DNA of 64,000 bases from the human T2T-CHM13v2.0 reference genome, Homo sapiens (GCF_009914755.1 NC_060946.1), one strand, 5' to 3'; shown: positions 31,974 through 63,900, counted from the stretch's first letter. The notes: generated by a model from the letters alone, not told the origin. Numbers and translations: made by a program.

Positions 31974-32048
31974 ATACTTCTAGGACCTAACACAGGGCTC
32001 TCAGGAGGAATGCCAGGGGCTCTACCCTCACTTCCTGGAAAGATCTAG
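31974..32048 (+). CDS. TOMM22: TOMM22 exon 4 (ILLGPNTGLSGGMPGALPSLPGKI*)
   Basis: TTTTCTTTTCCAG| acceptor; TAG at 32046-32048; total 142 aa. Confidence 0.97.
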   Translation: MLLGPNTGLSGGMPGALPSLPGKI

Positions 32049-32671
32049 ATTGTTATTGCTGTTTGAGCTGTCTCAGTGGGATAAGTTTGAAATTCAAGTG
32101 TTTGAACTGCTGATAATTTGGGTTTTTTTTTTTTTTTAACTTTGGCACATTGATCTATCTAAACCCGGTGGGGAGAATTATCCCCACATTGTCTCATGGA
32201 AAGACTCAACTTGCAACTGTGCCCTCCACACTATCCTTACTTCTGTCTCCACTCTGATACCAGAGTGCAGCCATGCAGACGGTTATTCCAGCTCTGGTCA
32301 CCCGACTCCTTTCACCAAATTGCTCCTAACTGGAAGATCTCACTTTCCCCTTGTGGGGTAGGAACCGATGCCAGTGGGAGGGATGTGCCCCTGACCATTA
32401 ACGACTGTTTTTTTTTTTTTTTTTTAAAGAATGGAGTTGTTGGGGCGGGACATGCACACAATGTGAAACAGACAAAATGCATTACACCTGTAGTGTAAAG
32501 TGGCCACTATGAATCCCTATGTATGAGAGGAGGGAGGCAGGCTGCAGCTTCAGCCACAGAATGGGGACTATGGAAGACAGCAGGAGCTCATTTCCTCTGC
32601 ACATTTTGGCTGTTAGACCTGTGTGTGTGTTTAAAAAAAGAGAAGTCAGTGCTCACTTTTTGTATTTAAAT

Positions 32672-32677
32672 ATTAAA
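32672..32677 (+). terminator. TOMM22: TOMM22 candidate proximal poly(A) signal ATTAAA
   Basis: ATTAAA with upstream TGTA and a U-rich tract. Confidence 0.55.
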
Positions 32678-33010
32678 AATGATTCCAACTGAAAGTGTCA
32701 TCCTAAGTACCTTGAAATGAGACCACGTCAGAGACATGTACTGCCCCTCACATTTTCTCACCTAAACCAGCAGCACCTCCATCTTAACAGCCATAGGCCC
32801 AAATTGTTTCCAAGTGAAAATTCATTTTTAGCCAAGTACATCATAGCAATCTTTGCCCTGAATTTAGGCAGTCACTTTGAGATCCATCAGCCTAAAACAA
32901 AGGATTGGGTCTATGTACTTCTTTAGTCTATAATGACACTGTGTAATTATAAAGTATTTGTAGGGAATAACATAGTACTGATTTCTGGGGAATAGGGGAG
33001 GGGGACAGAA

Positions 33011-33289
33011 TTTTTTTTTTTTTTTTTTTGCCTGAGATCAGGTCTCACTGGAGTACAGTGGTGTCGTTTGGGTTCACTGCAACCTCTTACCTCCCCTCCA
33101 ACTTGGCCTCCTGGGTAGCTAAGACTACAGGTACACGCCACCGTGCCCAGCTAGTTTCTTTTATTTTTGGTAGAGTCAGGGTTTCGCCTTGTTGCCCCAG
33201 ATAGTCTTGAACTCCTGAGTTCTAGCCATCCACCCGCCTCTGGCCCCTCAAAGTGCTGGGATTATAGGCGTCACCCACCACGCCCAGCC
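33011..33289 (-). mobile_element. Old (AluJ-like) Alu in the TOMM22 distal 3' UTR
   Basis: T tract followed by a diverged reverse Alu. Confidence 0.85.
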
Positions 33290-33607
33290 AGAGTAAGCCT
33301 TTTGTGTGTTTATCAGATCAACCAACACTACAATCTAGGTGGTACTGTTCCCATTTTACAGAAGAGGAAACAGCCACAGAAAGGTAATTGCTCAAGGCTG
33401 CAGAGTTAAGTGCTAGACCTGGATTCAAATCCAGGCAGTCCAGCTACAGAACACTGCTGCTGTGCGCTCGGGATGGTGGGGCTGGGCCCAGGCCCGCTGG
33501 GTATACATGATCTTTCACTTGTTAACTAGGGAAAAACACTAGTCACCAGTGTGGTACAAACTTGTACTTAGGTGGATTCTTCAAATTGTCAAGATTAGTT
33601 TTTATAA

Positions 33608-33613
33608 ATTAAA
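33608..33613 (+). terminator. TOMM22: TOMM22 candidate distal poly(A) signal ATTAAA
   Basis: ATTAAA preceded by TGTA and U-rich sequence, just before the convergent JOSD1 3' end. Confidence 0.55.
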
Positions 33614-33776
33614 ATAGACTGAAAAATGTCTTAGAGACATCTTTTGAACCAAATCCCATTTCAGTGACTATTTTGTCTGGATTTCTCAGGTGAAAGAGTT
33701 AATCAAAGAATGATATGTCTCTAAAAGATGACTTACGCTGGCAATGAACTCCTTTTAAAACAGCGTCATACTAAAG

Positions 33777-33782
33777 TTTATT
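33777..33782 (-). terminator. JOSD1: JOSD1 poly(A) signal AATAAA
   Basis: TTTATT on the plus strand, about 2.3 kb downstream of the JOSD1 stop. Confidence 0.7.
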
Positions 33783-35244
33783 TTTCTTTACACAATTATA
33801 GAATTCAGGCAGACAAGGAGACATATATGGAGTTTTCCATTTTTAATATTTGGTTAAACAAAATACATCTTTTGTAAACAAACGCAGCACAAGGCCAACA
33901 ACAAAAAGGAATAAAAGCAAGAAAAACAAAAAGCCTAGGGTTGCCCGTTATTGGGCATCAGGGTCAGGCCTGTTCACTTCCTTAAAGGAAGTGGGGCTTT
34001 TTGCCCTTGGGCATCAGCATGGGTCCCTGTTCCTAAGCACCAGAATTGGATATGAACAGAGAAACCAGCCCTGAAATGTTTAAGCGTCTTTGCATATCCC
34101 ATTGGCTCATGGACTCCAAGTGCATGGGGACTCTTTCAAGTGCCATTTGCACAGGCCCAAGTGGATTTGTGGAGAGGAGTTTCCTCCTCTACCCAAGAAA
34201 TGGCTTACTATCTGACAGTGCCAGTGGCCCCAAGGTCCTGCTTGTGACAATCAGCAAGGTTGGCTGTAATGTCTGGCTGGTGGTGGTTGGAATGTCATTG
34301 TGCAGGGCAGGAAAAGAGCTCCCTGTGGTGCCAAGCAGGTCTGGTGTAGAAAATGGTGCAGAAGAGACTGCGGCCGGTTGCTGAGAAGATATAACGCAGT
34401 AGCCGCTTGGTGGCCTGTTACTCAGCATTAAAAAAACGGCCTTGTTGGATTGAAGATACATGTGCAGAAAAAGTGCTGGTGTCAACATGCACTCCAGTCA
34501 CAGGGGGGAGAAAGCCCAGCTTCACCCCGTTAAGCTTGCTCAGGATCAACATGCAAGCCCCAGGCTGGCTTTGCTGCTGGAGAGAAGTCTGGCCAGTGGG
34601 ACAGCTCTCAGACCTGCCACGACCATTGATCTGAGGGCCAGCAGGTCACCCCTGCCTGCCACCTGCCTTGAGGCAACCACATCCACTTTGGAGACACGCA
34701 TATGGTATGATACTTATTTCTCCTCTTTTGTTTTCCAAAGTTACAAGAGAAAAGTGGCCTACAACTATCTGAAGAGGTAGGGGCGGGTTGAACTTCCATT
34801 GATACAGAGAGGAAACGACATGAAGATGACCAGCCCAGGTCCTATTCCATCCATACAGCACAGAACCACCCAACCTGAGCTTGGCAACTACAGTGGCAGC
34901 CTCCGAGCCTAGAGTGTCTACTGAATTGTGGCTGCCCCTACTCCAAGAAGCCTGTCTTCACAATACTTTCCTCACCCAACGCTGCCCCAAATTAGTGGAA
35001 TTTGATGTCAAAAGCAGACTTTTTTTTCCTGATTTTGCCAGAGTGAGTGAACTGGGAAAACTGCTCTTTGGCTTCTCTTTTGTCCCAGAGCCTCCTAAAT
35101 CAATGCTGCGAAATGGTAGGGACAACACTGGAGTGAAGAAACCAAGCCACGCCATGGCTGTCCCAGGTTGGCTTTAGCCACATCCTGTTCAGTATCCTCC
35201 TCACTTCATACTAGAATATTAGTTAATTTTTCATTATAAAACTC

Positions 35245-35542
35245 TGCCGGGTGCGGTGGCTCACGCCTGTAATCCCAGCACTTTGGGAGGCCAAGGCGGG
35301 CAGATCACTTGAGGTCGGGAGTTTGAGACCAGCCTGACCAACATGGAGAAACCCCATCTCTACTAAAAATACAAAATTAGCCAGGTGTGGTGGCAGGCGC
35401 CTGTAATCCCAACTACTTGGGAAGCTGAGGCCTGAGAATCGCTTGAACCAGGAGGTGGAGGTTGCAGTGAGCCGAGATGGTGCCATTGCACTCCAGCCTG
35501 GGCAACAAGAGTGAAACTCAGTCTCAAAAACAACAACAAAAA
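35245..35542 (+). mobile_element. Alu in the JOSD1 3' UTR (antisense in the mRNA)
   Basis: Full Alu consensus. Confidence 0.9.
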
Positions 35543-36108
35543 ACCTCCACGTATGGCCATAAACCACCCTTAAACCTGGGGATAAGGGTTGGAGACAGCA
35601 TGCTGTACCGCTGCTAGGGTTTTGGACATGGTTTCCTGAGAGACCTTTATGCTCTGGGTCCTTCAAACCAGTCACATGGGGTTTGTGGGCACTATCTGCA
35701 GACCCACTGTTTTCAGACCCAGACAGGATGGAAAGTGGAGGCAGCATCTCTAGGTGAGTCTGGAGCAGCAGTGACAACTCAGCAGAACCTGTGTCAAGTC
35801 CTCATAGAAAAGGGAAAATAAGCTAGGATTCCCTCCCCGCTCCACTTTCTCCTCTGTCTCTTAAATAAAACAAGGGTTTGTGACCACTGGCCTTAAGTGC
35901 ACAGAACTCCTACCTTCCTTGCCCAGGAACAAAACACTGAGTAGTTCTTATAACAGTCCACACGTCTGTCCTATTGCACTGTCAGATCTGAAGGGGAAAA
36001 ACTTGATGAGATGTTTGGGGAAGTGGCAAGGGCAGACCCACTGTAGAGGCCACAGCACGTCACAGAGGACTGAAGGGGCTGAGGCGAGAGGGAGGTTGGG
36101 CAGAACTG

Positions 36109-36208
36109 TTACACATCGGTCCTCCAACTCTGATGAGCCTCTACCTCTTCTGGTACCACCAGCAGGAGTTCACAGTTCTTTCCTCGCAAATGATGTTTTA
36201 GAAACTTC
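36109..36208 (-). CDS. JOSD1: JOSD1 last coding exon ([32 protein letters not shown])
   Basis: Minus-strand acceptor TTTTTCCATAG|; TAA at 36111-36109; spliced total 185+129+195+100 nt = 202 aa plus stop. Confidence 0.97.
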
Positions 36209-36440
36209 CTATGGAAAAAGAGATAGAGAAAATGAAATGCTGGCAAGTTGCAAATTCCAGTCTCAGGACCACAAAGTCACCTGAAACCTCACTCTACCCT
36301 CGGCAGTCCAAAACACATCCCTGTAGTCATCTGGTTTTGGAGGGTTCCACATTTGGTTACCCTCCAATCTGTCCAGTTAAAATTCCAACCTGAATTTTGC
36401 TCATCCTTGTAGTTACTGCCAAGAGTAGCTGGATCTGTGA

Positions 36441-36593
<153 letters not shown>

Positions 36594-36596
36594 TGA

Positions 36597-36764
<168 letters not shown>

Positions 36765-37141
36765 TAAAGAACTTTTACAAATGTTCTTTGGTCCTGGGGA
36801 AATTCAGTGCTCCCTGGCCTGCATGTTTGTCTTCCTTTCTATGAACTGGCAACTACACTGTCTCAGTTGTCTTAAATAGAGAGAACGTTACAATGCCAGC
36901 CCCACCAGACTAGAAGGCTGGTATCCCAGGCTGGGCATCTTCCCTACCAAAAGGACTTAAAAGTACTGATGCGCCATTGAAGATTAAGGTCAGGTCCGAG
37001 ACACTATGATTCTAAGGCAGGGAGAGAATCCAAGGGCACAGGAATTTCATTTCCTTTGTCAAATAACCAGAGATGAGCTCAGTGTCCCCAACCTAAGAAA
37101 TGAAGCAGCCTAGCAACTTAGTCACAAAAGGTGCCGATTAC

Positions 37142-37336
37142 CTGAGCTCGCTCTCGCCTCCAATCCACTCGGGCATCTTGAGTTTGGAGTCGAGGTTGTA
37201 GTAGGCCCCTCCCACCTCTCGAACACAGATCCAGTGCTGCCTTTTGAGGGGCAGTTTCAGTGGACCCCAGCATAGGCTGGAGGGCAGATTCATGATGAAG
37301 CCCATGACGTTAGTGAGGGCAATGACACCGACATCC
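37142..37336 (-). CDS. JOSD1: JOSD1 coding exon 3 (Josephin catalytic His in QHW and Asp in NLDS)
   Basis: CCCCTGCAG| acceptor, CAG|GTAATC donor; [16 protein letters not shown]...[33 protein letters not shown]. Confidence 0.97.
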
Positions 37337-37502
37337 CTGCAGGGGAGAAATGGTGGCAGGCTCTGATGCAGCCCATTTTCCAAGGTTCCCTGGCTGTAAT
37401 ACCACAACTGGCTACCTCCCCACTCATGCCATGAGCCCAAGTACTAAAAGCTTATACCACAACCGTGCTGTTCTCCATCAAGTCAAGCCTGATTCAGATT
37501 AC

Positions 37503-37631
37503 CTGCGCTTGTCCCACCAAACAGCTTCATAGCCTTTGGTCTGAAGTGCTGCCATAATGACATTCACATCGTAGTTGCCATTTCCCAGCATGCTCTTCTT
37601 GTGAGGTGTCACCATGGTGTTTGGAGACAAC
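37503..37631 (-). CDS. JOSD1: JOSD1 coding exon 2 ([42 protein letters not shown])
   Basis: TAG| acceptor, CAG|GTAATC donor. Confidence 0.97.
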
Positions 37632-38116
37632 CTACCAATGTGAAAAGAGGAGGGCTGAGACTTGCTGGATGCCTGAACCCCCTGACCCCGCACTACCAGG
37701 GATGGAGAGCACTTTACATCACTGCCCCTGGAAGTTAGTTTCCCCACATTCAAGTGCAATTTCCCCAGCTTCTACCTAAGTATTTTGTAAGTGTTCCATG
37801 AAGGTGACTCACTTATGAAATCCCAGCCTCCTGCAGCCTTTCTGCTCTTCCTCCTGATACTGATTTTCCTGCCTCATGCAAGCCTTTTTTTTTTTTAACA
37901 TTGGAAAATAGGATTCAATCTTTTCATTTGCATGGATAGTAACTGGTGTCACTCCTGCTTTCTAGTTAAGGCCTGCAAACTTGGTAATCATTAATCATTA
38001 AATACTCAAAGGCATACAGGAGCCTAGACAGGTGACATAAATGTATAAACTGGGGTTGGATATAAGGCAATAAAAAGTAGTGAGGCCTACTGGAATGCAC
38101 GACCCACCTAAAGGCA

Positions 38117-38119
<3 letters not shown>

Positions 38120-38160
<41 letters not shown>
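38120..38160. repeat. (TG)n microsatellite, about 20 units
   Basis: Perfect tgtgtg run. Confidence 0.95.
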
Positions 38161-38162
<2 letters not shown>

Positions 38163-38532
38163 TACTTGAATAAATTTTTCTTAAAATACCCAATAAATCA
38201 ACTGAAAAAAAATTTGTGCCAGGCAAACAAAACTCAGCTGCAGCACTGGTTTGCCCACCCAGCTTGAAGCCATTTACTTCCAGGTTTCTTTAGCCAGTCT
38301 GTATTTTAAGACAAGGTCCATGCTGAAGGCATTTCTAATTCTATTATTTTACCTTCATAAACTTGTCAGGCCAGGAGCTGGGGAAAGGCCATTTTGAAGG
38401 AAGGGTTCAAGGGGCATACCTTTGGGCTTCGTGTGAAGGGGAGAAAGGGAAGTGTGGCGAGTTCCTCAGGACATAAAGTGCATGATCAAGAGGCTACTAC
38501 ATGCCATCTCCAGAAAAGAATCAAGACGTTAG

Positions 38533-47262
<8,730 letters not shown>

Positions 47263-48013
47263 TGAACCTCTATTAACCTGTGGGGTGGCATTTGTTCTAA
47301 GTGGGTAAGAAAGGCCATCTAGAATAAAGGAGAAAGAAGAGATCTGGAGTCAACTTCAAATTATAGCTTTGCTATTTAGAAGCTATTTGGACATATTACC
47401 TGACCTTTCTGCCTATCAGCATAATACAGGCAGTGAAATGACTGTTGGGAGAGCTTCACAAAGCAATGTACGAACAGCACTACTGCCAGCACATGGCCTC
47501 ACAGAAAAGCTGAGCATTGTTTATACATCTTGCTTGTGGTACCCACCACATTCCACCTTTAAAGACAGGTGACTGAACGTGTACGTATCTAGTCCCACTT
47601 CTAGACTGTAAACTCCTCGGCAGCAGAGCTTTACAGGCATTATAGCATAGTGGTCAACAGCATAGATATAAGAATTCAACCCCAGCTCCAAGTCTTGTTA
47701 TCTTGGGCGAGGTACTGAACTAAATGTGTCTTCATCAGTAAAATGGAAATAACATCACATATTAACACGTATTCCACGGGACTGTTGAAGATCACTCAAG
47801 AAAACACAGCTGAGGCTATGAGTACTTTCCTAGCCCACCGTAAGTGCCTGATAAATGGTAGTGATTATCTTTTCATGTCTTGTGTCCCTTATACCTGCTA
47901 ACGGAATCTAGCTAATACCTACAGCTTTGAAGGTTTATGAAGCTGAGACACTGCCCCACCCACAGAAATCCAGAAATATCAGTATCAAGATGCCAAGGAG
48001 AAGGGTCCCCTAC

Positions 48014-48198
48014 CTCTGGAAAATCTCTTGCAGCGTATCCCGGGTGAAGGCATTGCTGTCCTGGAAGACGTTATTGAGGGCGTGGAGGGCACAAAGCTCC
48101 CTGCGCTGTTTCTCATGGTAGATTTGTGGGGGTGCTGCCTGGGGCAGCTCCAATGATTCAGATTTGGCCTTGTCTCCTTTCCATGGCACACAACTCAT
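48014..48198 (-). CDS. JOSD1: JOSD1 first coding segment ([10 protein letters not shown]...[10 protein letters not shown]...QEIFQR; catalytic Cys36)
   Basis: aacATGa start, GAG|GTAGGG donor; Josephin-family [15 protein letters not shown] motif. Confidence 0.97.
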
Positions 48199-48829
48199 GT
48201 TTTTTGTTTTAGGTTCCAGAGATGGCTATAAACACCCCACTCTTCCCTCTAGAGGAAGAATGTAAGCTTCTCAGTCTTTTCCGGATTCCTGAGGTCCACC
48301 TTATTCTCTGGTGTCCATGATTTATGCTTTGTCACTGGGAGAAAAGATTGGAATCAAAAGGAAAAAAATAAAACCCACCTCTTCTCTCTTCTCAATAGAA
48401 AAATAACTTTTGGATTACTTTTATTTTGCTACCACTGTCAAAGTGCAGAATTTAAAAAAACACATAAAATGTAAGACCTTGTTTCCGTTTCCCCACCCTT
48501 CCCTCCCACCCCCCTCCAAAATCCCCACGATTTTCTTGCTGTTTCCCTCTGCAAATGCCAGGCCTCAAAGCAGGAGGACCGAACACAATCGGTCACATCG
48601 CTCCTTTTCTTCCATTTCTTTTGAACCACGACGCCAATGACTCGGGAGACAAGGCCTGGGTGACGGATAAATTTAGCGCACGAGTCGAGTAGCTAGCGCG
48701 GGCCGGCAGGCGTGGGACCGCGAGCCGCGCGGGGGCCTCGGGGGCAGCCCTCCATCCCCTCGGGTACGGTGGGGCCCGCAGGGCGCGGCTCCCTCGGAAG
48801 GCGCGGACTCTAGCCCTCTGGCCGCGGCC
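48199..48829 (-). other. JOSD1: JOSD1 long 5' UTR portion of the first coding exon
   Basis: Acceptor CTGAC...TGTCTCCTCCTCCGCAG| at 48830/48829; upstream donor GCG|GTGAGG at 49115/49114. Confidence 0.7.
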
Positions 48830-49970
48830 CTGCGGAGGAGGAGACAACTCCGGTCAGCGGCGAGCGGGCGCGGGAAGTGAGCGGCGGGGCCGGCCCCTGC
48901 CCGAGGGAAGGTTCCGCGCGGCGAAGGGCTGGCCCGCGAGGGGTGGGGCCGGACAGTCAGCCTCGCGCTCCCGGGCCCGCGCCCACCCGGCTCGCAGCCC
49001 CTACACAAACCTCCCCGCCCGTCACGTGAGCGCAGGCCCAGACGCCCTCCCGCCGCGCCCCCGGCCGCAGACCCCAGGGCCGCCGGGACTGCTCGCCGCT
49101 GGCGGTCCCCTCACCGCAGCCGGCCGCCACCTGGAGTGCGCGCCGCCAACTGGGCCGTGCGGGCGGGCGCGCGCACCTGAGCCCGACGTCAGCGGCCCCC
49201 GCCCGGCGCGTGCTCCGGAAACGCCCTCCCGCGCCGTCCTCACTCCTCCCAGCCGTGGCGTCACGCCTGACGTAAGTCTGACGTCATCGGCACCGGCCTG
49301 GGAGCCGCAGACGCCGGGCGTGTAGGGGCGCAGTTCAACGGTTGGGGTGTTGCAAAGGCCGTGGGTGTGGGGCTGCGGGCTGCGCACCTCGGCGGCGGCC
49401 GGCAGGGTTGGGGTCCAGCCGCTCCGCTCGGCGCGGCCCCTGGCGGGGCGGCCTGAGGGAGTCCTACCTGGACGCCAGCCTGCCCTTCTCCCGGGCGTGG
49501 GCGTTGTTTCGGGGCGGCAGCCAGGCCAGCGGCTGCAGTCCGCGGCTTTCAGCACCCCTCCCTTCTCTGTGCCGGGCTTTTCGGCCGAACGTTCTCGCTC
49601 CTTCTGCGTTGACTGTTTTATGTGTGGTTAACGCGCGGCTCACCAGGGGGGATTTTGAAGCACCTGATTCGGTCGGGCGCAAATTGCCTTGGTTAGTGGG
49701 CCCGACCGTGCCGCACTGTCCAGGGAGCGTCAAGGGTAGGTGTCTCGCTGGGAGTCACATTTCAAGTGGAAAGGAGAATCCTGTTGCAGTTCCTTGGTGT
49801 CGCATTTCGGTTCACTACACACAAGCCACTGCCTTCTTGCCTGGGGGCTCCCCGCTCTTCTCACGGTGGCTTTCCTCTCTGCAGAGACCTCTGCGCGAGG
49901 TATACCTAAGCGCATTGTGTGCGTCTTCGGGAAAAGGCGAAAACTACTCGCAGTCCCACGTGGATTTCAT
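48640..49970. promoter_or_regulatory. JOSD1 CpG-island promoter with a CRE cluster and an E-box
   Basis: GTCACGTGAG (49021-49030), CGACGTCA (49184-49191), TGGCGTCA (49256-49263), TGACGTAA (49268-49275), TGACGTCA (49279-49286), GC boxes. Confidence 0.85.
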
Positions 49971-50051
49971 TTTTTCCCCTTTACCTACTCTTAGGGTGCG
50001 TGGTAGGCATCATTATCCACCTTAGCTGCCCTTCTTTTGGGTTTTCTGTAA

Positions 50052-52804
<2,753 letters not shown>

Positions 52805-53849
52805 TAGGATGGAGGTGAGCAATTTGGCAAGGAAGAAATTAAAAAGCACATAAGAACAGTATCAAGACCATTGGAATCAGATGACTTCCTGTCCAAGATT
52901 CCCAGCTGTGTTTGTGCAAATAAGACTTGATAGTAGTGGAAAACAGGGACAAGAAGAGACTGTCTCTTTCTTCTCAGGTAGATCCCCAAAACTGAAAGCC
53001 ATTTTCAATCCTGCCACTTGCTCACTAAAGATTTAGGGTTTAGGTCCAAACCCTAAGTCTTGGATTCCTTATCTTCTCAAACATGCTCTTGTTTGCTTGA
53101 TGCCTGGTTCGAGTGGCCAAGGCCGACATTCATAGACGTTGGTTAATCCCTAATTTCGCCAAACAATGACGGCCTAGGCTTTTCCGGCTTTTGAAACAGG
53201 AATTCAAGACACTAAAACGTGTGTTGATGGCATTTTGGGTTGGGGCTTTTCACAACTGATGACACTGGAAAAATAATCCATAGGAAACTACCTTATGAGA
53301 CCCTAGATTTCGGTTTAGCAGTTCACCACAAAAGTGGTGAGGTGTTTTTTGGCTTTTAATTTTAGCTGCTTGCCTCTGTTTTTAGTTCGTGTGATTGCCT
53401 CCGCAAAGGCAGTGAATGGAGAATTCTCCCTAAGGTCAGCATTTAATTATTGCCTCACTCTGGCTGCTATAGTATTACAACTCTTGGAACTTACAGCATC
53501 GATCCTACTATTAAAGTTGCCTGGAGCATGCCAGCACGTTGGACATCGGCGTTCCAGCAACTGCCTCAGTCACTGAATCGAGTGGGAGGCTCATTTTGCA
53601 GTTTACTATCTCCATGAGCAGGTCCAGGCGCGGGACCTGTTCTATGACTCGATTGGGTCCTGCCCTTGTCCGTCATCGGAAGGCTTACAGCGCCTACTGT
53701 TTTGCAGTAAGATTTGCAGGCTTAGTACCGCCTCTGGAAACAAGGAGAGTGAAGGGGCGTTGACGAGTAACGTTGTTTGTATTTCTCTCCTCATTGGATG
53801 GCTGCTGTGTCAGTCACACACTTCTCTGCTCCCGTTGGCGGGAAGGCTT

Positions 53850-54950
<1,101 letters not shown>

Positions 54951-57047
54951 GAAAGATGGTCAGGCTCCTTAGTCTCGCTATCCTGTGAGTGGAAGCTCAT
55001 CTTGTATGAGTGGAGCAGTGAAGGACGTTTAAAACCGTGTTTTTTGAGCTGTCGAGAAGGTAGGCAGGAATTAAGGCCTCGCCAACGGCTTGACATTGTG
55101 AAGAATAGAAAAGTAAATACAAGATGTGACTGGTGTTTTGAAGGTGCTTAACGTTCCTTAGGGAAAGAATGCCAACTTGGGAGTCAGACAGGGCTGGGTT
55201 CCCTTTCCTGCCCTACCATCGAAAGGCTCTGTGACGTTGGGAAAGTTTCTTAACCTTTCAGTTCTCCAACCACCTCATCTTAAGAAAGTACAGATGGGTT
55301 GTAAAAATTAGAAATATTTAAGAAGACACCTAATAGTGCCTGATGCATACTAGAGACTCAGTAAATGTTTGAAGTGAACGAGATAGTTCCTAATTTCCTG
55401 TGCAGATTAAATAGCAGTGGGTGAAAGATAGAACACCAATACCACCACTTACATTTGTAGGATAGTTACGATAGACATTTTATCCAGCTTTGAAAATGTT
55501 TGTGACTTTTTATAGTTTATGGCGGCAAATTTGCATGAAACTTGGTCCTAAACTGGGGAGGAACTTTCCCTGCAACCTAAGCAAGTTATTTTCAACTGCT
55601 CTTTGCCATTGTAGTCTCAGGTGAGCACTTGGAAGCCAGCTAGCCTGTCAAAGTTGGTCCTGTCTTGTGCCTGTAAGGCCATAATGAGGATGGCCAAACT
55701 TAGAGAGAGGGATGGCCAGGACGATGTAAAAGACCCAGGAAACATCCAGGTTACAATTACAAGCTCTGATGAGTCAACTCAGGAAGTTACAAGATTATGG
55801 ACCTGACTCAAGAGCAAACAAACTGGATGTCAACACATGGTCAAGGTGCTGAAGAAACATGATAGGAAATTGCAGGGCAGAGTTGCAAAGACGGTAGTAC
55901 CTTCATTTCTTGACCAGCTCATTTAATATTCCTAGAAGTGTTATTTCATCACATAGCTGGGGAAGTCCTCCTTACAATTAAAAAAAATCATATGTATATT
56001 AATATCGATGATATCAAAAAGAAAAAGTGATGGTGTGGAGGGAGAGAAGGGTTGGGTTGAATAGATTGATTCCGGAGGAACAGATTAGAAGCGAAAGGTT
56101 CATGTCCTTACGATAGAAAATGTGGAGACCTAAGGCTCCGAGAGCTTCCAAAGGGAGAAACACTTAGTGAATAGTGGTGGCTAGTTTCATCCAACAAGGT
56201 TTTTCTGGGAATGATTGGGTGAAGAAAACCTTGTAGTTTCACATTTATTGAGCTGTGGACTAGATGCTTTACATGTTATTATATTTGCTCTTTACAGTGG
56301 CCTTAGGATGCAGGTAGTATTAGCTCCGTTTTATAGATTGAAAAACTGAAACTCAGAGTGGTTAAGTTCTTTGTCCAAGGTCACACAGGAGTGGTTAGAG
56401 AATGGGGTCTGATTGCCAAATGGCTTACCCAAGTAAATGGTTGACACTTCAATGTTATTGGCAGACATTTGCAAAATGACGGTGCTAATACTCCTCGTAG
56501 TGGTAATGGTGATGGTGTTTTGTTGATGAAGATGAGTCTTGCAGGCAGTTTTCATTCCCAAATATTCAATATAGCTAAGACAAGATAGAACAGAATTCTT
56601 TTGTTATCCTGGAAGCCACTGGCCTGTGGGTGGAGGGCATGGAGGTATATGAGGTATATGTCTTGTGGGCTTCCAGATGCCAACTGCAGGTAGAAGACTT
56701 TGGCATGTAGATGGAAAGCACTGCGCTTTCTATCCACAGTGCCATATTCTCAGTCACTTGGGTCCTGCCCTTCCTGTTAAGCAGCAGGAGGCAGGCTGCT
56801 TGTGCCCTCTTTACCATGGGTTATGGCTCAGACATACACATTGTAGTATATTATTTGGCTCATATAAGGCCTGAGGCTCAAAGGCTACTTCAGGAGAAGC
56901 AGAGAGGGCATGAAGGGGCTGTGCAGCCTTTTTAGATGAGGGTGCTATGGGGTTCAGTCAGGATCTTTGGTTAGGCTATATTGATCAGCTTTGGCTGTGG
57001 TGCTCTTCTAGCAAGTGTGGTCCTAAGGCTGTTGGTTTCTTTTCTAG

Positions 57048-63900
<6,853 letters not shown>

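Noticed and set aside
53221-53266. C/D-box snoRNA-like pattern GTGTTGATGG...CTGATGACAC
   Set aside because: Only about 45 nt, imperfect C box, intergenic, and no recognisable guide sequence
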